Shown: in pieces, positions 48,800-60,416 of the stretch
How positions within the stretch are numbered: position 1 is the first letter of the stretch
Layout: each line of letters opens with the position of its first letter
Translations under genes and position numbers: made by a program
Notes under the pieces: generated by a model
Seen by the model: only the letters and a program-made list of their open reading frames with translations
What the model was told of the DNA's origin: nothing
The model's database searches: none
Assembly (NCBI RefSeq): GCF_032191835.1
Contig: NC_083234.1
Coordinates: 17,174,001-17,238,000, forward strand
Reading direction: 5' to 3'
Origin: Heteronotia binoei
Lineage: Eukaryota
Length of the DNA stretch: 64,000 bases

Positions 48800-49050
48800 C
48801 TAATTTTTGTCATGGTGGAAGCCCAGACCTCGGTGACAGGAGAAATTCTCTGTATAGCATGTCTCTGGGATGAAGAATCCTCAGTTTTTTCAGAGAAACT
48901 CTCCCCTTCTCCTTTGTATTATTAGCAGCCACTCTGTTTCTCCACAAAACTCTGCACTCCATTTTACTAAGGATGAAAATAACCTCTGATCTCACCAGGA
49001 GCTGTTGCTACTGCTTCAGCTCACTCCAGTGTCTGATTCATCCTGTGAAA
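48800..49050 (-). pseudogene. Possible decayed downstream exon of the nested antisense gene
   Basis: Strong acceptor ctttgctttgttttcAG|49050 in phase 1, matching the donor CCAG|GTATGC at 52928/52927. The reading contains stops and frameshifts. Confidence 0.25.
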
Positions 49051-50339
49051 CTGAAAACAAAGCAAAAGGGTGCAGTGGAATGGGGGGAGGGGAGGGCTCA
49101 CATTTTGTAAATACCCTTTGAAGCACCTGTCCTAGTTACTTTGAAGCAATCCGCCAAAGGGGCTGATGCACCCTGACATTAACTCTCTTTAGAAATTACT
49201 GGTTGAAGGATCACGGTCCTGGAAAGCTGAATATTCTGTGCAGCCCTCCTCTTAACCCAGATGACTCATATGTGCTTCAAACATGCAGGGAAAGCTGTGC
49301 TAAGATTGGCTTCCAGCTTCCATCCTTGTATTCCCACAGTTCACTGAATGTTACAAGTTTGAGGATCACTGGTCCCTTTTGCTGACAACAGTAAATAAGA
49401 ATATGCTTCTATGTTTGCCCTGGAACCACAGAATCTGCCCTATCGTAATTAGTTTTAAGAAGCTCTAATTTGCACATATTCTTTTCTCCCCCTTTTCTGC
49501 CATTGTTTTAAAATATCATGACACGATGCTTATGTATTTGTTTGTTTGAGCTTTCAGTGGTTGGTTTTTATGCCTGTTTCAAATTCTTCATAAAGAAGGG
49601 CCATGTGCTTTTTAAAGTCTTCATTTGGAAAGGAGTAAAATGCCCTTTTGAACTTCCAAGGCAAAGATTTCCAATATTTGTCATCCTCAGTTGCCTTATG
49701 AGAAGTGAGACTCTGTCCTGAACCAATGGCACGTTAGGTTGGATTCCTGTTCTGGAGTTCTTTCCAATTTCACAAATGCTATTAAATCTTCTATGCTAAT
49801 TTATGAGTCATGGCTTCCCCAAACATAACCTAGGACCCTTATTAAGGCAACTAGCACAGCTGTGATTGAACATATGAACATATGAAGCTGCCTTATACTG
49901 AATCAGACCCTCGGTCCATCAAAGTCAGTATTGTCTTCTCAGACTGGCAGCGGCTCTCCAGGGTCTCAATCTGGGGTTTTTCACACCTATTTGCCTGGAC
50001 CCTTTTTTGGAGATGCCAGGGATTGAACCTGGGACCTTCTGCTTCTCAAGCAGATGCTCTACCACTGAGCCACCGTCCCTCCTCGAAGGGACGATTCTCA
50101 CCAAGGAGTGTATGCCTGCTCCACAGGAGAAAATCAGCAAATAATGGGGGTGCATTCTGAACTTGGTGAGAAAAGGGGGGGTGGGATTTGGGATTTAAGA
50201 TTCTGTATGTTTGAAATAATTTATGGTGACTAGCTATGTTGCTTTGTAATGTTAGCCCTGAAGATACAATCCCAGATTTCTCCCCTGGGTCCTTAGAAAA
50301 GTGGCCCTCAGCCAATAGGAATCCAGCATAGCATTAAGG

Positions 50340-50770
50340 AGAAGAAGAAGGTGACACTGGATTTATATTCTGCCCTCCATTCAGAGTCTCAGAGCAGCTC
50401 ACAATCTCCTTTATCTTCCTCCCCCATAACAGTCACTCTGTGAGGTGGGTGGGGCTGAGAGGGTTCTCACAGCAGCTGCCCTTTTAAGGGCAACCTCTGC
50501 CAGAGCTATGGCTGACCCAAGGCCATTCCAGCAGGTGCAAGTGGAGGAGTGGGGAATCAAACCCGGTTCTCCCAGATAGTCTGCACACTTAACCACTACA
50601 CCAAACTGGCTCTGTGAGATGGGTGAGGCTGAGAGGGCTCTCACAGCAGCTGCCTTTTCAAGGACAACCTCTGCCAGAGCTATGGCTGACCCAAGGCCAT
50701 TCCAGCAGGTGCAAGTGGAGGAGTGGGAAATCAAACCCAGTTCTCCCAGATAAGAGTCCGCACCCTTAAC
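50340..50770 (-). mobile_element. Squam3-like SINE partial tandem dimer
   Basis: Head plus ~160 nt, then a second head at ~50612 running to a full tail. Confidence 0.85.
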
Positions 50771-50949
50771 CACTACACCAAACTGGCTCCACATATCATA
50801 TACCTGACATTATCTTTTCTAGAGAACTGTTTGCATGTTCTTTTTTAAAATATGTTTTGAGCCAGTTGGTTCTGGATTAAACCAAGCCTGAATTCTCCCC
50901 AGGAGCCAAAATGATCAAATAGAGGCTATCATACTTGAAAAGGCAAGAG

Positions 50950-51160
50950 TCACTGAAAAAGACAATCATGCTAGGAAAAGCTGAAAAGCAGCAAAAAAAG
51001 AGGGAAGACCCATCATGAGATGGATCGACTCAATAAAGATAGCCAAGACCCTCAGTTTGCAAGACCTGAGCAAGGCTGTTAATGATAGGACATTTTGGAG
51101 GTCACTAATTCATAGGGGGTCATACTGGGTCAGAAGCAACTTGATCGCACATAGCAAACA
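50950..51160 (+). mobile_element. RTE LINE 3' end (also ~63490-63615(-) and ~62060-62140(-))
   Basis: MLGK.E..K.RGRP.MRWIDS-type C-terminus and tttggaggtcactaattcatagg tail. Confidence 0.75.
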
Positions 51161-51509
51161 CACAAGCCTGTTTACCACCTGAGATTTTCCCAGGGATTTC
51201 CCCTGGCTGAGCTGTCTATAGCTCTACAGCAGGGGTGGCCAAACTTGTTTAACGTAAGAGCCACCTGGAATAAACGTCTGATGTTTGAGAGCTGCAAGAC
51301 ACGAACGTCAGATGTTTGAGAGCCACAAGTCAGGAAGGCAAATAGACAGAGGAGCAGAGAAAATAAAATCTCTTTACATGTAATCCTAAAGGCACCTTCC
51401 TGGCATAACCAGTGGGACTGACTTCTGAGTAGACCTGTTTAGGATTGATCCCTGTGCAATAATGTGCATGAAAGAGTCTAGACTGCATATGTTCTCTGTT
51501 TCTTTTCAG

Positions 51510-51664
51510 CCTGGGTCGACACAGCCTGGGAACTAGATTTCACTGAGACGGAGCCTTTGGATTCTAGGCATGAGAGTGCGATCACAGAGGATGGTTTGGA
51601 TGCCTTCTCCCAGCTCTACGAGACTCTCTATCCCTTTGCTGCCAATGAGCAGGGAGCTACCGAA
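51510..51664 (+). CDS. NCAPD3: NCAPD3 coding exon 2
   Basis: tttcttttcAG|(A)[17 protein letters not shown]...GATE|GTAAGA, 155 nt. Confidence 0.95.
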
Positions 51665-52946
51665 GTAAGAGGCAAATTGGTTACGGTAACAAAAAGATGC
51701 CAGTTTGGTTCTGTTGAGAGGCAGTGATCTAGATCGCAGATACTAAGACAGCGCCACTCACAAAGTGTCTGCAGGTGCCACGCAGCCTGATCCAGCACAG
51801 AATTAGGTGCATCAGTTTTTAAACAAGCTTAAGCACAGTGGGGTGCCCATGGGTGCAGCCCTCTGCACTTTGCTTTGTGAAAACTCTGTTGTGTCACGTG
51901 TTGCTCTTAAACTATGCAGATTTTGAAAAATGAAAGCTAGTTGTTTCAAAGTGCAATTTGAAGCAGAATTACACCCTAAGTCCATTGAAGCAATAGGTTG
52001 GTTCCAGTGAAAGTTCATGGAAAGAAATGGCAGAATCTAGTAGCATCTTAGAGACCAACAAGATGTTTGAGGTACAAAAAGAAGAAGAAGATATTGGTTT
52101 TATATCCCGCCCTCCACTCCGAAGAGTCTCAGAGCAGCTCACAATCTCCTTTACCTTCCCCCCCCACAACAGACACCCTGTGAGGTGGGTGGGACTGGAG
52201 AGGGCTCTCACAGCAGCTGCCCTTTCAAGGACAACCTCTGCCAGAGCTATGGCTGACCCAAGGCCATGCTAGCAGGTGCAAGTGGAGGAGTGGGGAATCA
52301 AACCCGGTTCTCCCAGATAAGAGTCCGTGCACTTAACCACTACACCAAACTGGCTCTCCTTTCAAGCTTTCAAGAATAAAAATTCCCTTCATCAGAGGGA
52401 TGAAGCTATCTGACAAAGGGAGCTTTGGTGCTTGAAAGCCTATAGCCCGAAAATCTTGTTGGTCCCTAAGGTACTACTGAACTCTACTCTAGTTGCCCTG
52501 TTCCAGATTAACACAGCTACCCTTTGAAAGTGGTCTTCAACATACTGAGCTCAGCATACCATTAGAGATGCAACATTTCTAAAAACTTTAAACCACAGGA
52601 GAAGCAGATGATGGGGGGGGAGGGGGTTGAAATATTTCATTTATTCCCAAAATGTATATGCAGCTTCTCTAGAGATACACTCAAGTATTTTTCTAACATC
52701 TACAAACTTATTTAGCATCCATCATCTATAACTTAGTTAATACATGACATTTTGCATATTACATTTAAAAGTAAATGCCTTTCAAGGGCAACCTCTGTGC
52801 TTCCTCGGTGCATGTATCTTGTCATCTGAGTGGTAGGAAGAAATAAAAGTTGAAAATGGAAAATATAAATGTTGTAGCATGTATGTTATTTTGGACAGAA
52901 GCTGTCACAGGTCACATAGCGGCATACCTGGCCAAAGAGTTAAACT

Positions 52947-55900
52947 TTATAGCGCTGGAAACCGTGAATTCTTCAGCAGTTTATCACCAGGCTCCATTAA
53001 CTGAACAAAATTAGTCACTTTCAACAAGTGTCCTTGAAAATACCTGGATGTGTCAACAGAGGAATTCTCATTCTCCAGAGCTATTTTGACTAACATGCAT
53101 TAAAATAGTTCTTATCCTAAAAAGGATTTTGTTGCTTTGTTTCTAATGTTTGTAATTCTAGTCCTCCTGTTGCATTGCTTATTAGATACCTCTCGCTGTT
53201 TGACTGCATTGTTTTATGCTACCTAATCTGGCTTGAGTCTCAGTGAGAAAAGTGGGCTGTAAATAAACAAATTCCAGTCATTCCAGGAGAAAATATTTCA
53301 CTGGAATTTTCTCCCAGTGTTCCCCCAGATTTCCAGTTTTCCCCTGGAATAATAGAAATAAAGTCAGCGAGGGACTTTAGGTCTGCATATCTCTGCACTG
53401 GGTTGTAGCTTTTGTCCTTGGAAGAGATCCAAAATACATACATTATCCTTGGAAGAGATCCAAAATACCTTCCTTACATTAATCCCTTATGAGTATTGCT
53501 TCTTCTCAGGCCTTAGATTCAGTGGGAGCTCACAGGAGCACACCTCCTCCACCTTTCTGAGAGTTTCACCTCCTTGTCCATTGAATAGTATTGCAGCTGC
53601 ATAACAATCCCCGGATGAGCTCCACCACCTATTTTTCTACAAAACAACCCCTACTTTTTCCATTCTAGGCAAAATGTAGGCTGTTAAGTGCCTTGGGGAC
53701 TTGTCTTTTTTGTGTGTGTGTGCTTACTCTGCAAATCCCACCATACAGTAATAAACTGTTGTCAATAAGCATAAAATAGAATAATGGAATCAATTAAGGC
53801 TTTCAATCTCCTTGGCTTACAACTGATCTGGCAGCAACAGAGATCAGGACGCCTGGAGAAAATGGCCACTTTGGAAGGTGGACCCTATGGCACTGAAGTC
53901 CTTCCCCTCCCCAAAACTCCACCCTGCTCAGGCTTCATCTCCAGGTATTTCTCAACCCAGGGCTGGCAACCCTATTGAAGCTGCCTTCTACCAAGTGAGA
54001 ACATTGCTCCATTTTAGCTGATTGGCCTGGCAGCCGCTCTCCGTGATGCTCAGGCAAAGAACAGTGTTTTCCAGCACTCGATAGGTGGAGGCCCTTTTGC
54101 TGGGGATTCCTGGGTCTGGTCCTGCTAGTTCTTTGTCACTGAGCTCCAACCCTGCCTCTTGCTTCTGGAGAAAACCAGTTTGAAACATTGAGATATCGTT
54201 GACTCTATCACTTTCATTCTTTTGGTTTCTGAAAGGAAATTACTTGTTCAAAATCTGTTTTATTTCTCCGAGACCTGATTTAACTCGTTACTACTTTAAA
54301 CCGGTGGCTTTGTCCCCAAGCAAATCCTTGACATCCTTGGAATTTGTCTGGGGACTCTGCAGTATCATAGCAGAAGATGTTCCCTGCAGGACAGCTTTGT
54401 TCCCTACTGCTGACTTTCTTAGCACTGCACAGCCACGAAGGAGTATTTGGTGCATTCCAGGCCAAGATCTGTTCTCATGGAGTGCCAAAGAGGCCTGGCC
54501 AATGAGTGGAGGGTACTCCGCAGAAGATTCCCCAGAATCCTTTGCAACATGCAGGGGTTCCTTGGCAGGCAAGTCATTGAGAGTCATGTTCCTTGATGTT
54601 TTGACTCCCTCTGCTTTAAACTAATTGTGCTATGGGGGAAATTGCCTTTTTTGTTGGAGTATGCAGTGCATTCCTGCAGCATTATTTGAGGTCATGCCAC
54701 ATGAGAATGTCTTGGGCTGATTGACCAAGGCCAGTCTTGCCTAGTGTGACTGGTGGTGTCTTTCCAGCGTCTCCGGTGGAGGCCTTTCCTAACACCCACT
54801 ATCTGATCCTTTTAATTGGAGATGCTGGGGCTTGAACCTGGGACCTTCTGCACATAAAGCAGATGGTTTATCACTGAGCCATGGTCTTATTTATTTTATG
54901 CAGGGGTGTCAAACATGCAGCCCAGGGGCCGAATCAGGCCCCTGAAGGACTCTTATCAGGCCCGTGAGTGATTCACTGTCATCTGTTTCCTTCTACCTCT
55001 CTTGCTTCCTTCTGCATCACAACTTGCTTTGCCAGGCTTGCTCAGCTACAGAGCAAAGCCTCTGTTTTCTCCATTGACTGAGGCTCCTCCCTTGGGGAGG
55101 AAGTGGGGAAAGGAGAGCTAGCTTTGCCAGGCTCTCACAATTGCACAGCAGAGCTACTAAGCCAAGCCTCTCTTCCTTCTGTTGGTTGAGGTTCACAAGC
55201 TAGTAAGGTGGATTAGGCTGAGTGTGTGTGTTTGTCCATATCCTTTATAAAGTTTCTATCTCTGCTACCTGGCATTACGGCCTGACAAGGTGATGATCTG
55301 GCCCTCATAACAAATTATTTTGACACTTCCGTTTTATAGTCTGGCAGCTTACACAGTATACAACAATTAGATCTGAGTCCATTAGCATTGGATTAGTGTA
55401 AAATGGTGCAAGCAAAATAGCATGAGATATCCAAAAAGCAATGTACGTAGTGCCTTCAAGTAGCAGCTGACATATGGCAACCCTGTGAAGTTTTCAAGGC
55501 AAGAAACACTCAGGAGGTTTGCCGTTGCCTGTTTCTGCATAGCAACCCAGCCCTGCTTAACTTCTGAGATCTGACGAAATCAGGCTACAAAAATTGTTAT
55601 GCCATTGAATGTTTGATATGGTACAGCAAAAATTTGAAACCATGCAGAAAAGTATCAGATGTGATGTGTCAAACAGTGCAGGAAGTGGAATTACGAAACG
55701 AACAGGTGTTCTGTTTCTTCCCATTTGATTCCTCCTCCACTTTATTTCAGAGCATCTGGGCCCTCTTTGCCGAGAACAATGTTTCCCACAATGCCCTCGT
55801 TGCTGTGTTGTATCACTTTGTCCAAGAGGCTCAAAATAAAAAGGCTGATGTCCTGCAGCGGCTCTATGCACTCCATGCAGCTGGGCTGTACTTCCTCCTG

Positions 55901-58900
55901 GTTGAAATTCCAGGTAAGTGTCTGGCCTGGCTTATGCTTTGGGACGGTGGCATCTTGGGGTAGTGATTTCATCTGTGCTCTACTTTGTTCTCTCAAGTGC
56001 TCATCATTGGAAATACCAGCATCAGTGGGGCTTTCTTCTAATAGCTCTTTCCTTGATTACCTAGGGCGAGTTGAAATTGAATTCCAGGCAACCACCCTGG
56101 AGAGAATTACAAAAGTTGGCTTTTTCTCCGGGGCACAAATTACCAATATAAGCCTGTAGGCAAGTCAGCCAGTAAAACATTTTTTGGCAGCTGGTAACAT
56201 ACATGAATATACACACTGTGATTGTTTTTGGCATAGAATATTAAATGGCCAGAATCGAGTGTAGCCACTAATGAAAACATTTAAAAATTGTCTTGAGCTT
56301 TCAGGAAAAACAAGATACAATTTTTTTTCAAGTCATCCTATGCTTGCATATTTAATATTTTTGAGTGATCTGGTAAGAGGGAAAGGGCCAGATTTAATTT
56401 TCTGCCTCAAGGCATCAAAGGCTTTACCCACTCTTAATCATTCTGTGAAATCATATTGGCCTTAATATCCTGTACTGCTGGATTGGGACCAATCCAGGAC
56501 ATTCTCTAGGTGACCCTGGGCCAGTCATTACCTTTCAACCTAACCTACCTCACAGGATTGTTGTAAAGATAAAATGGTGAGGGGAAGGTGCTGTCTAAAT
56601 TTGTGGGGAAAAGGAAAGTCAGAATAAAAGCGTGGGTAAATAATACTACTTTTAAACTCTGCTGGCACCTGAAGGTTGTAGCACTCACACTTTGCTAGTA
56701 GATAATTTACCTGGTCCTCAGTGAACGGGATATTATATGTGGCCAGGGCATTAAGCCTTCCTGCACCTTTTAGAAGGCAGTTGCCTTAGGTGGTCTAATC
56801 CAGGGGTGGCCAAACTGTGGCTCAGAAACAACATGTGGCTCTTTCACTCATATTGTGTGGCTCTTGAAGACCCCACTGCCCTGTCAGCCAGCTTGGAGAA
56901 ACCATTTGTCGCTTTAAATCACTTCGCCAAGCCATATTGTGTGGCTTGGAGAATGAATTTAAAGTTGCTTTCTTTACACCTCTCCTTCCCCCCCCCCCAT
57001 CTCCCTTCCTTCCTGCCTGCCTTCCTGTTCTCAAACATCCAGTGTTTATGGCTTGTGGCTCTTATGTTAAGCAAGTTTGGCCACCCCTGGTTTAGTCTCT
57101 GTCCCTTACTCCCCTCTTCTGTTGCCCGCCTCCACTCTGCACGGTCTCCAGAGGCCGTCCGTGCCCCAGTGCCTAACTCTGTGTTTCTGTCCGAAACTGC
57201 AAAGCCTGGTCTTTGGGGAACTGGGCACAGCGATCTGTCTTTCCTCTCCGGCAGGCAGCATAGCCAATCAGCTGTTCCATCCCGTGATGTTTGAAAAGTG
57301 CCTTCAGGCCATCCAGAAGTGCTGGCCTCAGGGCCTGGACTTGCCCAGGAAAAGGAAAAAGAGCCAAACATCAAATCATCAGCATGGAAAAAATAAGAGG
57401 GGAAGGGTGGCGAAGAAGACTAATACCCAGGTAAGAAAACCATCAGCTGTGTTGTGTTGGCAGCGCAGCACATCACAAGCTGATATTTTGATACCCTTAT
57501 GCAGCCTGTCGACTACCCATGTGTCACAAAAGATATTTTGAAAAAATGATTTGCAGCATTTTTAAGCTGTTTTTTAAAGACTTCAAAGCAACATACACTG
57601 AGTACAACAATGAAATTATCCGTAAACAATACAAGTGGTACGCCACCTTAATGTACAACGTAAACTATAAAAAGTATCTGGACCGTCTCTGCTGGGAGAA
57701 AAAATACTATGAACTTAAAAGACTCCTCTTGCAAACAAAAGGGAATTTCTTACAACTTCTTTGGAGTGGAGGCAGGTGCATTGAATAATGGAGGGCATTT
57801 CTGAGCTCTGGGGCAGCCACTGAGAAGGCCCTGTTCTGCATGGTAGCCGATTCGGCCTCTTCCTGGGGCCTTCCCGACAGATCCAGAATTGCTTTGGGTC
57901 TGGAACTGCCCCTGCCAGTTTGCTGGCACCTTTTTAGTACTTTTAAAAAACCTAGTTTCCTGCCACTGCAGATGGATGATATCTTTGAAGAGGAAGAGGA
58001 TCAAGACGAGGAGCTCTTTTTCTCTGCATCTGACCTTCTGCAAATCCGGGAGGCCCTCTTCCTTCTCCTGAAGAACTTCCTGAGGCTTCTTTCCAAGTTC
58101 TCCCTGAAAGAGACACCGCAGTGTGTTCAGGCATGCATCCAGGTAGGTCATTCGATCAGGGACAACATGGTGTTGGGCAGAGGTGACAGTGAGGTGAGCC
58201 TGTGTGTTTGTTCCAACTGCCAAGCCTACTACTTGGAGTGGCGGCAGGGTTTGTTTGTTTTTTAATGCAATCTTGTATACCTACCAGAAGTGAGAAAAGG
58301 TAACTCTAGGAATCACTAGAAACTCCTTGGTTTTACAGTAGAGTTTCTGCCGATTCCTATAGCTACACTTTGTCTCATCCGGTAAGAGAATCTGCAGTGC
58401 AGGCACGCTCTGGTAGTCCTCGTTTGTGTGTGTGTGCACACGCACCAAATGGAGTTTATAGCATGTCTGTAGCCCAGTGATTGTAGGGGACTCTTAGGGT
58501 TGTAGGGAACTCTTAAGGGCAGTGATGCTCTGATTTCTTGCTGCTTGGGGGGACACAGTGGGAGGGCTTCTAGCCCCACTGGTGGACCTCCTGATGGCAC
58601 TTGGTTTTTTTGGCCACTGTGTGACACAGAGTGTTGGACTGGATGGGGCATTGGCCTGATCCAACATGGATTCTCTTATGTTCTTATGTTGCCATCTGGG
58701 TTGGAAATTTTGGACTGGAGGCTGGGGATAGAGGGGTGCGGGGAGGAGAGGACTTTTATGGAGCATAATGCCGTTGGAGTCCATCCTCCAAAGCAGCCAT
58801 GTTCTTCGGGGGAACTGATCTCTGTCCCCTGGAGATCAGTTCTAATTCTCCAGATAGGCTGGCCACCCTATTTCCGTCAGCTAACTTTAAGAAAAGAATT

Positions 58901-59728
58901 GGGCTTGCTCCTGGCACTGGGGTCTATCAACAGCATTTTGCCATCATAGCTAAGGAGATCTTCCGTGCTCAGATGCCGTATCCCTGTATCTAATAGCCAT
59001 GGGCTAGCTCCTGTGCAGACATGGCAAATCTGCAAACAGGGCTGCCCATGCACATGATTTGAGCCTGATGGAAAAAAAACATGCTTGCTTTGGAGGTATC
59101 CCTTCCCATTCCCAAGCTGATCAAGGCGTCGGCATTTGCAGTCTGCACAAAACAACAATCTAGAGTTCAGCTTTATGGATTGTCATAGCAACCAAAAATG
59201 GCACATGCACAGTTGCTGGCAAGGAATGGAATGAGAGGTGAAGAAGGGAGCTGATCCAGTAGCTGTGGAGAAAAGGGAAGCCAGGGTAGGGGTAAACTAG
59301 TGGGGAGGGAGGGAGGAGATCCTGCAAGGTAGTTAATTCCATGCTGGCAACAAAGAGGAAAGGAATGTTCCCAGTGGGTCCTTATAGGTCTTCTCCCTTG
59401 CATTCTGGGTACTGGATCGTGGCAGTCTGCAGTGTGAGGAGGTCTGTTTTCACGTCCAGTTGATGGGTTTCCCACAAAACACCTGGCTGGCTATAGGCCA
59501 AGGGCCTTCTCGCTTTCCAAACCTGTGAGCTTTCTAATGGAAGGCCACTTCTGTGGCTTGCTCTGTGTCGTGGTGCCATGGGCCACGTTGCAACAGGGCC
59601 AAAACGACGGGCTGCATACCTTCAGTCTGATCCAGAAGGGTGGTTCTGGAGATGTCAGGTATTTGCAACTGAATTGCTACATGGAGTCTCTTGAGAAATG
59701 TTCTGGCCTTGAGATCTTTCCTTGCCAT
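52947..59728 (-). CDS. Putative unannotated nested antisense gene, 6 exons: complement(join(52947..53043,53992..54228,56061..56153,58285..58391,58886..59010,59620..59728)), 255 aa, family unassigned
   Basis: ACCATGG Kozak at 59728; all five introns GT-AG; phases 1,0,2,2,2 join without stops to TAA at 52947; AATAAA at 52640-52645(-). Hand-assembled, no homology support. Confidence 0.45.
55751..55913 (+). CDS. NCAPD3: NCAPD3 coding exon 3
   Basis: [25 protein letters not shown]...[16 protein letters not shown]+G|GTAAGT, 163 nt. Confidence 0.95.
57255..57430 (+). CDS. NCAPD3: NCAPD3 coding exon 4
   Basis: (G)[25 protein letters not shown]...KKTNTQ|GTAAGA, 176 nt. Confidence 0.93.
57972..58142 (+). 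CDS. NCAPD3: NCAPD3 coding exon 5
   Basis: [57 protein letters not shown]|GTAGGT, 171 nt. Confidence 0.94.
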
Positions 59729-60354
59729 GGTTTTCTCATTATTTTCTGGATTTAGCTGCAGGCACTTTTAAAATGTGGGATGTGTAGAATCTCTAAAGGC
59801 ATGATGGCAAAGCTTTGTTTCCTGCTTTGCTCTTGTGGGTGGGTGGGAAGGCTGCTACATGCTTCTCCCTGGAAATGCCAGCTTCCTTTTCAGCAGTGCA
59901 GAATTGCCAGACTGGAGCGTGTGTGTGTGTGTGAGAGGGGGGTGGATTCCAAGATCACTCAGGTCTCCTGCAGATGCCAGGCTGAGGGTTTACCTAGTTT
60001 ACAAGGAGGCCTAGGTGAGATTAGCTCTCCTCCCTGTGGTGCAGAGCGGTAAGCTGCAGTACTGCAGTCCAAGCTCTGCTCACCACCTGAGTTTGATCCT
60101 GGCGGAAGCTGAGTTCAAGTAGCCAGTTGACTCAGCCTTCCATCTTTCCGAGGTCGGTCAAAGGAGTACCTAGCTTGCTGGGGGTAAAGTGTGGATGACT
60201 GGGGAAGGCAAGGGCAAACCACCCTGTAAAAGATCTGCCATGAAAACATCATAATGTGACATCACTCCAGCGTCAGAAACAGCTGGTGCTTGTACAGGGG
60301 ACTACCTTTACCTCACATGACTCTCTTTTTACCTCTGTTTTGTGTTTCTCATAG

Positions 60355-60416
60355 ATCTTTCTTGACTTCTTGAGTTTTGAGCCTTGCCCACGCAGCCTCG
60401 AGCCTTCAGAGAGCAT
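60355..60416 (+). CDS. NCAPD3: NCAPD3 coding exon 6
   Basis: Long pyrimidine tract, AG|IFLDFLSFEPCPRSLEPSES+AT|GTGAGT, 62 nt, phase 0 to 2. Confidence 0.85.

Noticed and set aside
49990-50078. tRNA-like sequences (also 19036, 28959, 39235, 61770)
   Set aside because: A/B boxes are present but they continue into a shared SINE body and tail; SINE heads, not tRNA genes.
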